A stretch of 64,000 nucleotides of DNA. Source: Candidatus Sulfotelmatobacter sp. Its GTDB lineage: Bacteria > Eisenbacteria > RBG-16-71-46. Position numbers and translations under genes: made by a program. Every line of letters starts with the position of its first letter. The first letter of the stretch is position 1. Under the pieces are notes generated by a model. That model did no database searches. It was not told where the DNA came from and saw nothing but the letters and a program-made list of their open reading frames with translations. Shown here one piece after another: positions 22,207 through 31,602 of this stretch. The stretch covers positions 27,675-91,674 of the forward strand of contig DATKAB010000093.1 in NCBI GenBank assembly GCA_035498555.1, in the 5' to 3' direction.

Positions 22207-22731
22207 GTGAGGTTCCGGGCGGCGGCGCTCCTCCCTCGGATCGCCGCTGCCGCCCTGCTGGCGGCGCTGTCGGGCTGCGCCTACTCCACCGGCGGCAATC
22301 TCCTGCCCCCCCACATCAAGACGGTGGCGATCCCGGTGTTCGAGAACGGCACCACCGAATACACGATCGAGAAGGACATCACCGATGCGGTGATTGCGCG
22401 CTTCATTTCGGACAATCACCTGAAGGTGGTGGACGAGCGCGTGGCGAACTCGGTGATCCGCGGCAAGGTCACCGCCTATCGCAACGCCGTGTTCGGCTTC
22501 ACCGGCGGGAATCTCGCCACCGAGTATCGTGTCACCATCACCGTGGCAGTGACCTTCAAGGACCTGGTCAAGAATCGCGAGATCTGGAGCGACCAGGAGC
22601 TTTCCAAGTACTCGAACTACTACGTGCAGAGCGTTCCCGGACAGGTGGTCAAGACCGAACTGGATGGACGGAAGGATGCCATCGCCAAGATCGCGGACGA
22701 AATCCTCACTCGCACCGTCGAAGGCTGGTAG
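22207..22731 (+). CDS. lptE: LPS-assembly lipoprotein LptE
   Basis: Lipobox LSGC. A TEYRVTITVAVTF block matches the E. coli LptE QTAEYQMIMTVNATV block. It is located next to holA, as in the leuS-lptE-holA arrangement. GTG start. Confidence 0.75.
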   Translation: MRFRAAALLPRIAAAALLAALSGCAYSTGGNLLPPHIKTVAIPVFENGTTEYTIEKDITDAVIARFISDNHLKVVDERVANSVIRGKVTAYRNAVFGFTGGNLATEYRVTITVAVTFKDLVKNREIWSDQELSKYSNYYVQSVPGQVVKTELDGRKDAIAKIADEILTRTVEGW

Positions 22732-23704
22732 CGCGAAACTCGCAGCGCGCGCGCGCGCCGGCGAGCGGCTCGACGGCCGCGAGCTGCTCGAGCGCCGGCC
22801 GCTGCCGCCGACCCTCTACCTCGAGGGCCCGAGCGAGCCGCTCAAGGCCGCGATCCTGCTCGAGCTGCGCCGGGGCTGGGCGAGCGCCAATCCCGAATCG
22901 CCGGCGGCGCGAGTGCTGCGAACCGCGGAGACTGGCGTCGAGGAAATCCTCGCGGCGTTCCGCAACACCTCCCTGTTCGCGCCGCGCGAGCTGATCGTGG
23001 TGCTCGAGATCGAGGATCTGTCGCGCTCCGAGAAGAAGCTCGCGGCGCTGGCCGAGGGTCTTCGCGGAGCGGCGGGGGAATCCTGTCTGGTGCTGGTGGA
23101 GTCAGCCGCCGAGACGGCTCGCAAGTCGCTCGAGCCCCTGCGCGAGGCATGTGCGGTCCACGTCGCGGCGGGCCCGCCGGACCGCTCCGAGTTGCTGGCC
23201 TGGGGCGCGCGGCGTCTGCGTCTCGAGTCGCTGTCCGCCGAGCCGGGCGTGCTCGAGGCGATCGCCGACGCCTGCGAAGGCGACGCGCTCGCCTTCTTCA
23301 GCGAGCTCGGGCGACTGACGAGCTTCGCCGCCGCGGGAGGGAAGCTGACGCGCGCCGACTGCCAGGCGTTGCTGGCGCCGGTCGTCGGCGCCGGCCTGCC
23401 CGACTATCTGGCCGCGGTGAGCGCGGGCGATTCGCGCGGCGCCTCGCGACGGCTGTCGCGCCTGCTGGCCTCCGGCGAGAGCGAGGGCACGATCCTCTTC
23501 GCCCTTTCCAATCTGGTGGGGGGCGCCTTGGGCGGCTGGGCGCGCAGCCGGGATCTCAGCGCCACGCTGCGGGCCCGGCTCGGCCCGGGCCGCCTGATGC
23601 GCGCGATGGACGCGCTCTATCGGGCCGAGGCCGCCTGGAAAGGCGGGAGGGCCGACGCGCTCGCCGTGCTCGAGCAGGTCACCCGGGTGGTCGCTTCGCG
23701 CTGA
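22676..23704 (+). CDS. holA: DNA polymerase III delta subunit (start uncertain)
   Basis: The N-terminal LYLEGPSEPL region resembles the HolA N-terminus and lptE-holA synteny supports it. There is no canonical start after the lptE stop, so ATG 22676 (or 22664) inside lptE was used. Confidence 0.6.
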   Translation: MPSPRSRTKSSLAPSKAGSAKLAARARAGERLDGRELLERRPLPPTLYLEGPSEPLKAAILLELRRGWASANPESPAARVLRTAETGVEEILAAFRNTSLFAPRELIVVLEIEDLSRSEKKLAALAEGLRGAAGESCLVLVESAAETARKSLEPLREACAVHVAAGPPDRSELLAWGARRLRLESLSAEPGVLEAIADACEGDALAFFSELGRLTSFAAAGGKLTRADCQALLAPVVGAGLPDYLAAVSAGDSRGASRRLSRLLASGESEGTILFALSNLVGGALGGWARSRDLSATLRARLGPGRLMRAMDALYRAEAAWKGGRADALAVLEQVTRVVASR

Positions 23705-24041
23705 CCCGGGCCAATGTGCCCGCCTGGCCGCCACGCCCTGCTCTTCCTCCACCCACCCCGGCCAATCGGAGCGTGATCGAGCGCGCGGCCCGCGGAATCC
23801 CGAATGGGCGGCTATTCCCAGAGCGAGTGGGGTTGCCGCAGGCCGGGGAGGATTACCACCGCAGGAAGGCACCTACCCTCCGAATCCCAAGTCCCCGGCT
23901 GCACTCGCTCGACTGGCCGTGTAGGCAGTACAACCGGCCGGATCGGGAGTGCGTTGATCCGGTCATCAACATTTTGCGCCGCACCATCGATTCTCTTGAG
24001 CGCGCTTCGGGGGATGGGGCGCCTTGCGGTATGTTCCCGAG

Positions 24042-24959
24042 ATGATGGGAGCACGCCCCCGGCACCTGTTCACGATCGACGTCGAGGACTATTTCCACTC
24101 CGAGGACCCCGACCCCGCCGGCTGGGATCGCCACGAACTCCGGGTCGAAGCCTCGACGCGCGCCGTGCTCGATTGTTGCGCGGCCACCGGCGCCCGCGGC
24201 ACCTTCTTCGTGCTCGGCTGGGTCGCCGAACGCTGCCCGCAACTGGTACGCGAGATCGCCGCGGCCGGCCACGAGGTCGCCTCCCACGGCAGCGACCATC
24301 GCTTCGTCTATCGCCAGAGCCGCTCCGAGTTCCTCGACGACGTCCGCCGAGCGCGCGACCTGCTGAGCGGCATCACGGGCACCGCGGTGCAGGGCTACCG
24401 CGCACCGTATTTCTCGATCGTGGCGTCGACGCCCTGGGCGCACGACGTGCTGCTCGAAGCCGGCTACTCCTACAGCTCGAGCGTGTTCCCGGGCGCGAAC
24501 CCGCGGTACGGCATTCCCGGGGCGAGCTCCGAGCCGGGAATGATCCCCACCCCGGGGGGCCGCTCCATGCTCGAAATCCCGATCACCACGTTCTTCTCGC
24601 GCGTCGGCTGCGGCGGGGTCTACTTCCGCGCGCTCCCTTACGCGCTGTTCCGCGCCGGCATCGCCGCGCGCGAACGCGGCGGGCGACGCGCGGTGTTCTA
24701 TCTCCATCCCTGGGAGCTCGATTCCGGCAAGCCCTCTCCACGTGGATCCGTCTGGCTCCGCATGCGCCACGACGTCGGCATCCGCGGAGCACGCGCACGG
24801 CTCGAGCGCCTGCTGCGCGACTTCGAGTTCGAGTCGGTGGAGTCGTTCCTGGCCCGCGAATCGGGCCTCGCGCGCTCGCCCGGCGCCGGAAGCGCCCCCT
24901 CGATCCTGCGGCGCAGCACCTTGCCCGCGCCCGCTCTGGTCGAGGAAGCCCGCCGATGA
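24042..24959 (+). CDS. Polysaccharide deacetylase (NodB-homology), PEP-CTERM-locus-type
   Basis: The HLFTIDVEDYFH N-terminus matches the TIDVEDYF signature of the PEP-CTERM-locus polysaccharide deacetylase family, followed by HGSDH. Confidence 0.8.
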   Translation: MMGARPRHLFTIDVEDYFHSEDPDPAGWDRHELRVEASTRAVLDCCAATGARGTFFVLGWVAERCPQLVREIAAAGHEVASHGSDHRFVYRQSRSEFLDDVRRARDLLSGITGTAVQGYRAPYFSIVASTPWAHDVLLEAGYSYSSSVFPGANPRYGIPGASSEPGMIPTPGGRSMLEIPITTFFSRVGCGGVYFRALPYALFRAGIAARERGGRRAVFYLHPWELDSGKPSPRGSVWLRMRHDVGIRGARARLERLLRDFEFESVESFLARESGLARSPGAGSAPSILRRSTLPAPALVEEARR

Positions 24960-25618
24960 GGGACTACTTCGACGTCCACCGCGGCGACTGGGACGGCATC
25001 TACTCGGCGCCGGCCGGGAGCCTCCAGTGGCGCATCAACCGCCGCTTTCGGCGTGCGGTGTGGAAGCGGATGCTGGTGGCGCTCGACGCCTGCACGCCAA
25101 TCGAGGGCCGATCGGTGCTCGACATCGGTTGCGGCACCGGCGAGCTGGGCCTGCGGCTGGCGGCGGCCGGAGCCGCGCGCGTGGTCGGGATCGATCGCGC
25201 CGGGGAGATGGTGCGCACCGCCACCGAGCACGCGCGGCGGCGCGGGCTCTCGGCGGTGTGCCAGTTCGTGGAGGGCGAGTTCCTGACCCACGACTTCGGC
25301 GGGGAGACCTTCAACTATTCGGCGGCGCTCGGCGTGCTCGACTACGTCGAGGACTCGGACGCGTTCCTCGACCGGATGTGGGCGCTGACCCGCGACCGCC
25401 TGATCGTGAGCCTGCCGCACTCGGTGCCGCCGCGAAGCTGGCTGCGCCGCGCCTGGCACGGCATGCATGCGTCGCGGCTGTTCTACTACCAGCGCCGCGA
25501 GGTCGACGCGAAGATCGCCCGGCTCTCGCCGGCCCGCTCAGAGGTCCAGACGCTGCCGGGATCCGACCGTACCTACGTGATGATCTGCGACCGCCGGCCG
25601 CCCGCGGGCGCAAAGTGA
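24956..25618 (+). CDS. Class I SAM-dependent methyltransferase
   Basis: SAM-binding motif VLDIGCGTGELG. The ATG overlaps the previous stop (ATGA). Confidence 0.7.
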   Translation: MRDYFDVHRGDWDGIYSAPAGSLQWRINRRFRRAVWKRMLVALDACTPIEGRSVLDIGCGTGELGLRLAAAGAARVVGIDRAGEMVRTATEHARRRGLSAVCQFVEGEFLTHDFGGETFNYSAALGVLDYVEDSDAFLDRMWALTRDRLIVSLPHSVPPRSWLRRAWHGMHASRLFYYQRREVDAKIARLSPARSEVQTLPGSDRTYVMICDRRPPAGAK

Positions 25619-27051
25619 GCACCCGCGGACCCTCCGGCACCGGGGCTCCCGAGGCCGGCGCCGCGCCATCCCCGCCGGTGGCCGGACCCCCGAGCGAGCC
25701 GATCGAGACCGACGTTCTGATCCTGGGCGGCGGCGTGTCGGGCATGGCCTGCGCCGCGGCCCTCGGCGATCACGCGATCGTGCTCGAGCGCGAGGATCGG
25801 CCGGGCGGCCTGGTGCGCGGGATCTCGCTCGACGGCTGGTGGTTCGATCACGTGCTTCACCTGCTCTATTTCCCGAACGACGCGACCGAGCAGCGCGTGA
25901 AGGCGCTGCCCGGTCTCCAGCTCGAACCGTGCCCGCCGGTGGCGTGGGTGGAGTCGCGATCGGGCCGGGCGCGATTCCCGATCCAGAACAACCTTCGCGA
26001 CCTGCCCACCGAGACCATCGTCTCGTGCATCGCCGATCTCGCCGCCGCCGCGGCGCAGGCCGGCCATCGCGAGCCCGCCAACTATCGCGAGCTGCTGCTC
26101 GACGCATTTGGCCCCTCGCTGTGCGAGGAGTTCTTCTTCCCCTACAACGAGAAGATGTGGCGCCGGCCGCTGACCCGGCTCGCCACGCGCGGTTTCCACT
26201 GGAACATCTCGCGACCCGATTTCCGGCAGGTGCTGGAGGGCGCGCTGCCGGCCAGCGAGCGGACCGCCGCCTACAATTCGCGCGGCTGGTATCCGCGGCC
26301 GCGCCCGGGAGGGCGGCGCGGCATGGAAGGCCTGAGCGACGCGCTCGCCGGTCAGGTGCGAGCGCTCAGACTCGAGCACGAGGTGACCGGCATCCATCTC
26401 GGGCAGCGCCGGGTCACCGCGCGCCATCGCGGCCGGACGTTCGAGTTCCGCTATCGGCGGCGTCTGGTCAACACGCTGCCGCTGCCGGTCGCACTCGGGC
26501 TGATCGAGGATCTGCCGGCTGCGTTGCGCGACGCCGCGCGCGGCCTGCACGTCAATCGCGTGCTGTCGGCGTGCTTCGCGATCCGCGGCCCACGGCCACG
26601 CGACACCGGCCACTGGCGCTACTACTCCGATCTCGAACTCTGCTTCACGCGCCTCATCTTCATGCACGCGTTCGATCCTGACACCGCACCCGAAGCCGGT
26701 TGGGGACTGATGGCCGAGATTCCCGAGCACGGAGAGGATCCGCTGCGCCCGCCGGCCGAGGTGATGGACACGGTGCGCCGCGATCTCGCCCGGGCGGGCT
26801 TCCCGGCGGCGGGCTCGGAGATCGTGGGAGAGAAGCTGCTGGTCAATCCCTACGGCTACGTGGTGTTCGAGACCGGGGTGCTCGAGCGGGCGAGTCAGGC
26901 GCTGGCCTTCCTGCGCGAGCGCGACGTCGAGCCGCTCGGGCGCTACGGGCGCTGGGAGTATTCGTCGATGGGCCAGGTGATGCGCGACGGCTTCGCGGTC
27001 GGCGACGCCTTGCACGCGGAACTGGCCGGCGGAGGTCCGCGGCGGGCATGA
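25615..27051 (+). CDS. FAD/NAD(P)-binding oxidoreductase (amine-oxidase / UDP-galactopyranose-mutase-like fold)
   Basis: Dinucleotide-binding VLILGGGVSGMACAAAL followed by a ...GG-x7-G-x-x-x-DxG..H block. GTG start overlapping the previous stop. Confidence 0.65.
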   Translation: MSTRGPSGTGAPEAGAAPSPPVAGPPSEPIETDVLILGGGVSGMACAAALGDHAIVLEREDRPGGLVRGISLDGWWFDHVLHLLYFPNDATEQRVKALPGLQLEPCPPVAWVESRSGRARFPIQNNLRDLPTETIVSCIADLAAAAAQAGHREPANYRELLLDAFGPSLCEEFFFPYNEKMWRRPLTRLATRGFHWNISRPDFRQVLEGALPASERTAAYNSRGWYPRPRPGGRRGMEGLSDALAGQVRALRLEHEVTGIHLGQRRVTARHRGRTFEFRYRRRLVNTLPLPVALGLIEDLPAALRDAARGLHVNRVLSACFAIRGPRPRDTGHWRYYSDLELCFTRLIFMHAFDPDTAPEAGWGLMAEIPEHGEDPLRPPAEVMDTVRRDLARAGFPAAGSEIVGEKLLVNPYGYVVFETGVLERASQALAFLRERDVEPLGRYGRWEYSSMGQVMRDGFAVGDALHAELAGGGPRRA

Positions 27052-28013
27052 TCGTCCTCGCCGGATTCCTGGGTGGCGCCCTCGGCACCTGGCTGGCGCG
27101 AACGTTCGCGATGGCATTCGGGATCGTCTCCAGGCCGAATCCGATCGTGCCGCAGCACAGGAAGCCGGTCGCCTATCTGGGCGGCGTGGGGATCGCGGTG
27201 GGTCTGCTGGCGGCCCTGCTGTTCGAGGGCACTCTCGTCGATCGCTCGCGGCTGTCGCTGGCGATCCCCGCCGCCGGCTTCCTGGCGCTCGGCGTGGTGG
27301 ACGACCTGCGGCCCCTGAAGGCGCTCCCCAAGCTGGTGATCCAGACGCTGCTGGCGGTCCTGGCAGCAGGGCTGGGCGCCGGCGCGCGCCTGACCGGCAT
27401 TGCCATCGTGGACGCGGCGCTCTCGATCGCCTGGATCGTCCTGCTGGTCAACGCGGTCAACGTCACCGACGTGTGCGACGGTCTGGTGGCCGGGCTCGCC
27501 GCCATCGGGCTCGCGATGGTGGGGGCGGTGGCGCCCGGGTTTCGAGGGCCGGCCTGGGGCCTGGCCGGCGCCTGCGTCGGATTCCTGATCTTCAATCGCC
27601 CACCGGCGTCGATCTTCATGGGCGACGCGGGCTCGCTGCTGCTCGGCTACGCGATCGCCGTCGCCACGCTGCGGTTGTTCGATCACATCCCGGCCGTGCC
27701 GGCGTTTGCGATGGCGCTGGCCGCCGCGGCGCCGTTCCTGTTCGAGACCGGGCTGCTCATTTCGTCGCGCGTCAAGAAGAACCTGCCGTGGTGGAAGGGG
27801 AGTCCCGATCATTTCTCGCTGCGCATGCAGGCGGCGGGGCTCTCCAAGTGGAGGACCGATCTCACCAGCTGGCTGCTGCTCGGCGCGGTTTGCGCGGCCG
27901 CGTCGCTCCTGCCGGCGGCCGCGCCGTGGGCCCCCTGGGCCCTGATCGTGGCGCTGGGCGCCGTGGGCTGGCGATGCGCGCGCTGGCTGATCCGCCACGA
28001 GGTGGTGAGATGA
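27048..28013 (+). CDS. MraY/WecA-family polyprenyl-phosphate N-acetylhexosamine-1-phosphate transferase
   Basis: Ten predicted TM segments plus DDxxD-like VVDDL and NAVNVTDVCDGL motifs of the GT4 MraY/WecA family. The ATG overlaps the previous stop. Confidence 0.8.
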   Translation: MIVLAGFLGGALGTWLARTFAMAFGIVSRPNPIVPQHRKPVAYLGGVGIAVGLLAALLFEGTLVDRSRLSLAIPAAGFLALGVVDDLRPLKALPKLVIQTLLAVLAAGLGAGARLTGIAIVDAALSIAWIVLLVNAVNVTDVCDGLVAGLAAIGLAMVGAVAPGFRGPAWGLAGACVGFLIFNRPPASIFMGDAGSLLLGYAIAVATLRLFDHIPAVPAFAMALAAAAPFLFETGLLISSRVKKNLPWWKGSPDHFSLRMQAAGLSKWRTDLTSWLLLGAVCAAASLLPAAAPWAPWALIVALGAVGWRCARWLIRHEVVR

Positions 28014-28069
28014 CACGAGGCGCGCCGAACCGCTAACCTCGCTGGCTCTCCATCACCGGAGCGGACCGA

Positions 28070-30508
28070 ATGAGCGCGCGCTATCCTTTCGCGGAAGTCG
28101 AACCCCGCTGGCAGAAATTCTGGGTGGAACGGAAGACGTTCCGCGCCCAGGATTTCTCGCCGAAGCCGAAGTTCTATTGCCTCGACTTCTTTCCGTATCC
28201 TTCAGGCTCCGGGCTCCACGTCGGCCACCTCGAAGGCTACACCGCGACCGACGTGCTGAGCCGGTACAAGCGGATGCGCGGTTTCAACGTGCTGCATTGC
28301 ACCGGCTGGGACGCCTTCGGACTGCCGGCCGAGCAGTACGCGGTCAAGACCGGCATCCATCCGGCGATCACCACCCGCGAGAATATCGACAACTTCCGGC
28401 GCCAGATGCGGCGCGCGGGCCTCTCGCACGACTGGGACCGGGAAGTGGACACCACCGACCCCGGCTACTACCGCTGGACTCAGTGGATCTTCCTCAAGCT
28501 GTTCGAGCGCGGGCTCGCCTACGTTGCCGAGGTGCCGGTCAACTGGTGCCCGGAGCTGGGCACGGTGCTCGCGAACGAAGAAGTGATCGACGGCCGGAGC
28601 GAGGTCGGCGGGTTCGAAGTGGTGCGCCGGCCGATGCGGCAATGGGTGCTCAAGATCACCGCCTACGCCGATCGCCTGCTCGACGACCTCGCACTCGTGG
28701 ACTGGCCGGCCAGCACTCTGGAGATGCAGCGGAACTGGATCGGCCGCTCGATCGGCGCCGAGGTGGACTTCGCGCTCGACCGGGTGCGCGGCAACCTGCG
28801 CATCTTCACCACGCGGCCCGACACGCTGTTCGGGGCCACCTACATGGTGCTGGCGCCGGAGCACCCGCTGGTGGATGCGATCACCACCGCCGATCGCCAG
28901 GAGGCGGTCCGCGCCTATCGTGAGGCCGCGGCCAGGAAGAGCGATCTCGTCCGCCAGGAGGCCCGCGAGAAGACCGGCGTCTTCACCGGCGGTCATGCCG
29001 TCAATCCGGTGAACGGCGAGAAGCTCCCGATCTGGATCGCCGACTACGTGCTGATGGGCTATGGGACCGGCGCGATCATGGCGGTGCCGGGTCACGACGA
29101 GCGCGACTGGGAGTTCGCGCGCAGGTTCGGGCTGCCGATCCTCGAAGTGGTGAAGGGGGGCAACCTCGATCAGGGCGCCTACGTCGATCTCGAGAACGGC
29201 ATCGCGGTGAACTCCACAACGCCCGACGGCTCGTTCTCGATCGACGGACTGAAGGCGAGCGCCGCGATCGATTCGATCATCCGCTGGCTCGAAGCCAGGG
29301 GAAAGGGGCAGCGGACGGTTCACTACAAGCTGCGCGACTGGCTGTTCTCCCGGCAGCGTTACTGGGGCGAGCCGATTCCCATTCTCTGGGTGGACGGCAA
29401 GCCCGAGGCATTGCCCGAGCAGCAGCTGCCCTTGCGGCTGCCCGAGACCGAGAACTTCAGACCCGCGGGCACCGGCGAGAGCCCGCTCGCGAGCGTCAAG
29501 GACTGGATCGAGACGCGCGACGCCTCGGGCCGCCCGGCGCGGCGCGAGACCAATACCATGCCGCAGTGGGCCGGCTCGTGCTGGTACTACCTGCGCTTTC
29601 TCGACCCGCACGACTCCGAGCGGCTGGTGGACCCGGCGCTCGAGAAGTACTGGATGCCGGTGGATCTCTACGTGGGCGGGGCCGAGCACGCCGTACTCCA
29701 CCTGCTGTACGCCCGCTTCTGGCACAAGGTGCTGTTCGACATCGGAGCGGTGAGCACGCCCGAGCCGTTCATGAAGCTCCTCCACCAGGGCACGATTCTC
29801 GGCGAGGACAATCAGAAGATGTCGAAGTCGGCGGGCAACGTGGTGAGCCCCGACGAGATGTTCGACCGCTACGGCGCCGACGCGCTCCGGCTCTATGAAA
29901 TGTTCCTCGGCCCGCTCGAGGCCTCGAAGCCGTGGAGCACCCAGGGCGTCGAGGGCATCACGCGGTTCCTCGACCGCGTCTGGCGGCTGTTCCTCCACGA
30001 GGACGGCAGGCTCGCGGTGACCGCCGGCGAGCCCCCGCTCGAGGCGCGCCGCGTCCTGCACCAGACCATCCGCAAGGTCACCGAGGATCTCGAGGCGCTC
30101 AAATTCAACACCGCCATCGCGCAGATGATGGTGTTCGTGAACGAGGCGCATCGGCTGGGCGAGCGCCCGCGAGCGCTGCTCGAGCCGTTCGTGCTGCTGC
30201 TTTCGCCGTTCGCGCCGCACCTCGGCGAAGAGCTGTGGCATCGGCTCGGCCATGCCGACACGCTCGCCTACGTCGAATGGCCGAGCTACGACCCGGCGCT
30301 CTGCATCGAGGACACGGTGACGGTCGCAGTGCAGATCAACGGCAAGCTGCGGGCGACGCTCGAGGTGCCGCGCGGCACCGATCAGGCCGCCGCCCAGGCG
30401 GCGGCGCTGGCCGACGAACGGGTCAAGCGCTACGTCAACGGCTCCGAGCTGCGCAAGGTCATCTACGTCCCCGACAAGCTGCTGAATCTGGTGGTGACGT
30501 CGCGGTGA
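28070..30508 (+). CDS. leuS: Leucyl-tRNA synthetase
   Basis: 812 aa with the HVGH (HIGH) and KMSKS motifs and canonical LeuS domain order. Confidence 0.95.
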   Translation: MSARYPFAEVEPRWQKFWVERKTFRAQDFSPKPKFYCLDFFPYPSGSGLHVGHLEGYTATDVLSRYKRMRGFNVLHCTGWDAFGLPAEQYAVKTGIHPAITTRENIDNFRRQMRRAGLSHDWDREVDTTDPGYYRWTQWIFLKLFERGLAYVAEVPVNWCPELGTVLANEEVIDGRSEVGGFEVVRRPMRQWVLKITAYADRLLDDLALVDWPASTLEMQRNWIGRSIGAEVDFALDRVRGNLRIFTTRPDTLFGATYMVLAPEHPLVDAITTADRQEAVRAYREAAARKSDLVRQEAREKTGVFTGGHAVNPVNGEKLPIWIADYVLMGYGTGAIMAVPGHDERDWEFARRFGLPILEVVKGGNLDQGAYVDLENGIAVNSTTPDGSFSIDGLKASAAIDSIIRWLEARGKGQRTVHYKLRDWLFSRQRYWGEPIPILWVDGKPEALPEQQLPLRLPETENFRPAGTGESPLASVKDWIETRDASGRPARRETNTMPQWAGSCWYYLRFLDPHDSERLVDPALEKYWMPVDLYVGGAEHAVLHLLYARFWHKVLFDIGAVSTPEPFMKLLHQGTILGEDNQKMSKSAGNVVSPDEMFDRYGADALRLYEMFLGPLEASKPWSTQGVEGITRFLDRVWRLFLHEDGRLAVTAGEPPLEARRVLHQTIRKVTEDLEALKFNTAIAQMMVFVNEAHRLGERPRALLEPFVLLLSPFAPHLGEELWHRLGHADTLAYVEWPSYDPALCIEDTVTVAVQINGKLRATLEVPRGTDQAAAQAAALADERVKRYVNGSELRKVIYVPDKLLNLVVTSR

Positions 30509-31518
30509 GCCGTGCCGCGGCGCGTCTCGGCGCCGCCGCATGGCTGCTGTGCGGGTGCGTCGCGCCCGCGTTTGCGCGACCGCCGGATGCCGCGGGAGAG
30601 GAGCCGGCGAAGGCGGCGTTCGAAGCGCGGCTCCAGCTCGACAACGACGACTTCGACTTCTGGATCCCGCCCGATGAGCGTCCGGATTTCGGCTACACCC
30701 ACGGCACCCGCCTCGACGTCGATCTGCCGGGCGCCCCGCGCTGGCTCCGGAAACTTCCGCCACGCTGGCTGATGGGCGACGGGCCGCGCGGAGAAGCCCC
30801 GTCGTTCGCGCTGCGGCTGCGGCAGGAAATCTACGCACCGTGGGAGCTGCCGCCCGATCGGCCCTACGCCGGCTGGCTCGAGATCGCGGTCGGGCTCGCG
30901 CGACGAAGTCCCGAGTCGCGCCGCGAGCTGCTGCTCCACGTCGGCGTCACCGGACCGCCGTCGCTGGCAGGAAAGACGCAGGACTACTTCCATCACCAGT
31001 TCGAGCGCGGCCCCGAGCCCGACTGGTCGCAGCAGCTGCCGGCCGAGCCCGGCATCGGCCTCGAATGGAACGCCGCGACCCAAGTGCTCGCGCTCGGCGG
31101 AAGCCCCGGCTGGCTTTGGCGGCTCGGCCCGAGCGCTGGGGCGCGTCTCGGCACCTTCGCCATCGACGCCCGGGCCGGGCTCGAGACCTCGGGCGGCTGG
31201 AATCCACCGGCGGCATGGGGCGGGGCGGTTCGGCCAGGGAACGCTTTCTCGCTCTACGTGCTGGCGGCGCCGCACGTGGATTTCATCGCGCGCGACGAGT
31301 TCCTGGACGGCACGTTGTTCCGAGGCAGCGAGAGCGTCGATTCGAGGCCGGTGGTCCCGGAGTCCGAGGTGGGCGTCGGCGTGGGATGGTTCGGGATCCG
31401 GGCCGAGGCCCGCGTGATGCGCCGGGGGAAGGAATTCGAGCGCCAGCCCGGGCCACATACGTACGGCTCGCTGCGGCTCGGCTACGGTCAGCCGGCCGCG
31501 CCCGATCCACGGCCATAG
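30505..31518 (+). CDS. LpxR-family (lipid A 3-O-deacylase-like, DUF2219) outer-membrane protein
   Basis: GTG start overlapping the leuS stop. Signal peptide, QLDNDDFDF...YTHGTRL block resembling the LpxR ENDxF...YTxG core and beta-rich remainder. Confidence 0.55.
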   Translation: MSRAAARLGAAAWLLCGCVAPAFARPPDAAGEEPAKAAFEARLQLDNDDFDFWIPPDERPDFGYTHGTRLDVDLPGAPRWLRKLPPRWLMGDGPRGEAPSFALRLRQEIYAPWELPPDRPYAGWLEIAVGLARRSPESRRELLLHVGVTGPPSLAGKTQDYFHHQFERGPEPDWSQQLPAEPGIGLEWNAATQVLALGGSPGWLWRLGPSAGARLGTFAIDARAGLETSGGWNPPAAWGGAVRPGNAFSLYVLAAPHVDFIARDEFLDGTLFRGSESVDSRPVVPESEVGVGVGWFGIRAEARVMRRGKEFERQPGPHTYGSLRLGYGQPAAPDPRP

Positions 31519-31540
31519 CGCCCGATCCGCGGCCGCAGGT

Positions 31541-31570
31541 TTACATAATATCAATTATGCGACATTAAGC
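31541..31570. other. AT-rich 30-bp island (GTTTACATAATATCAATTATGCGACATTAA) with CATAAT/ATTATG inverted repeat, in the convergent intergenic region
   Basis: Directly visible. It is a stark compositional outlier in a ~70% GC context. Confidence 0.5.
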
Positions 31571-31602
31571 GGTCGTGCCTGCGCTGCCCGGGACCAGGTG
31601 CC

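Noticed and set aside
23804-25618. 604-aa ORF
   Set aside because: It is a wrong-frame read across the holA 3' region and the deacetylase. Only its last 220 codons (the methyltransferase, 24956-25618) are supported.
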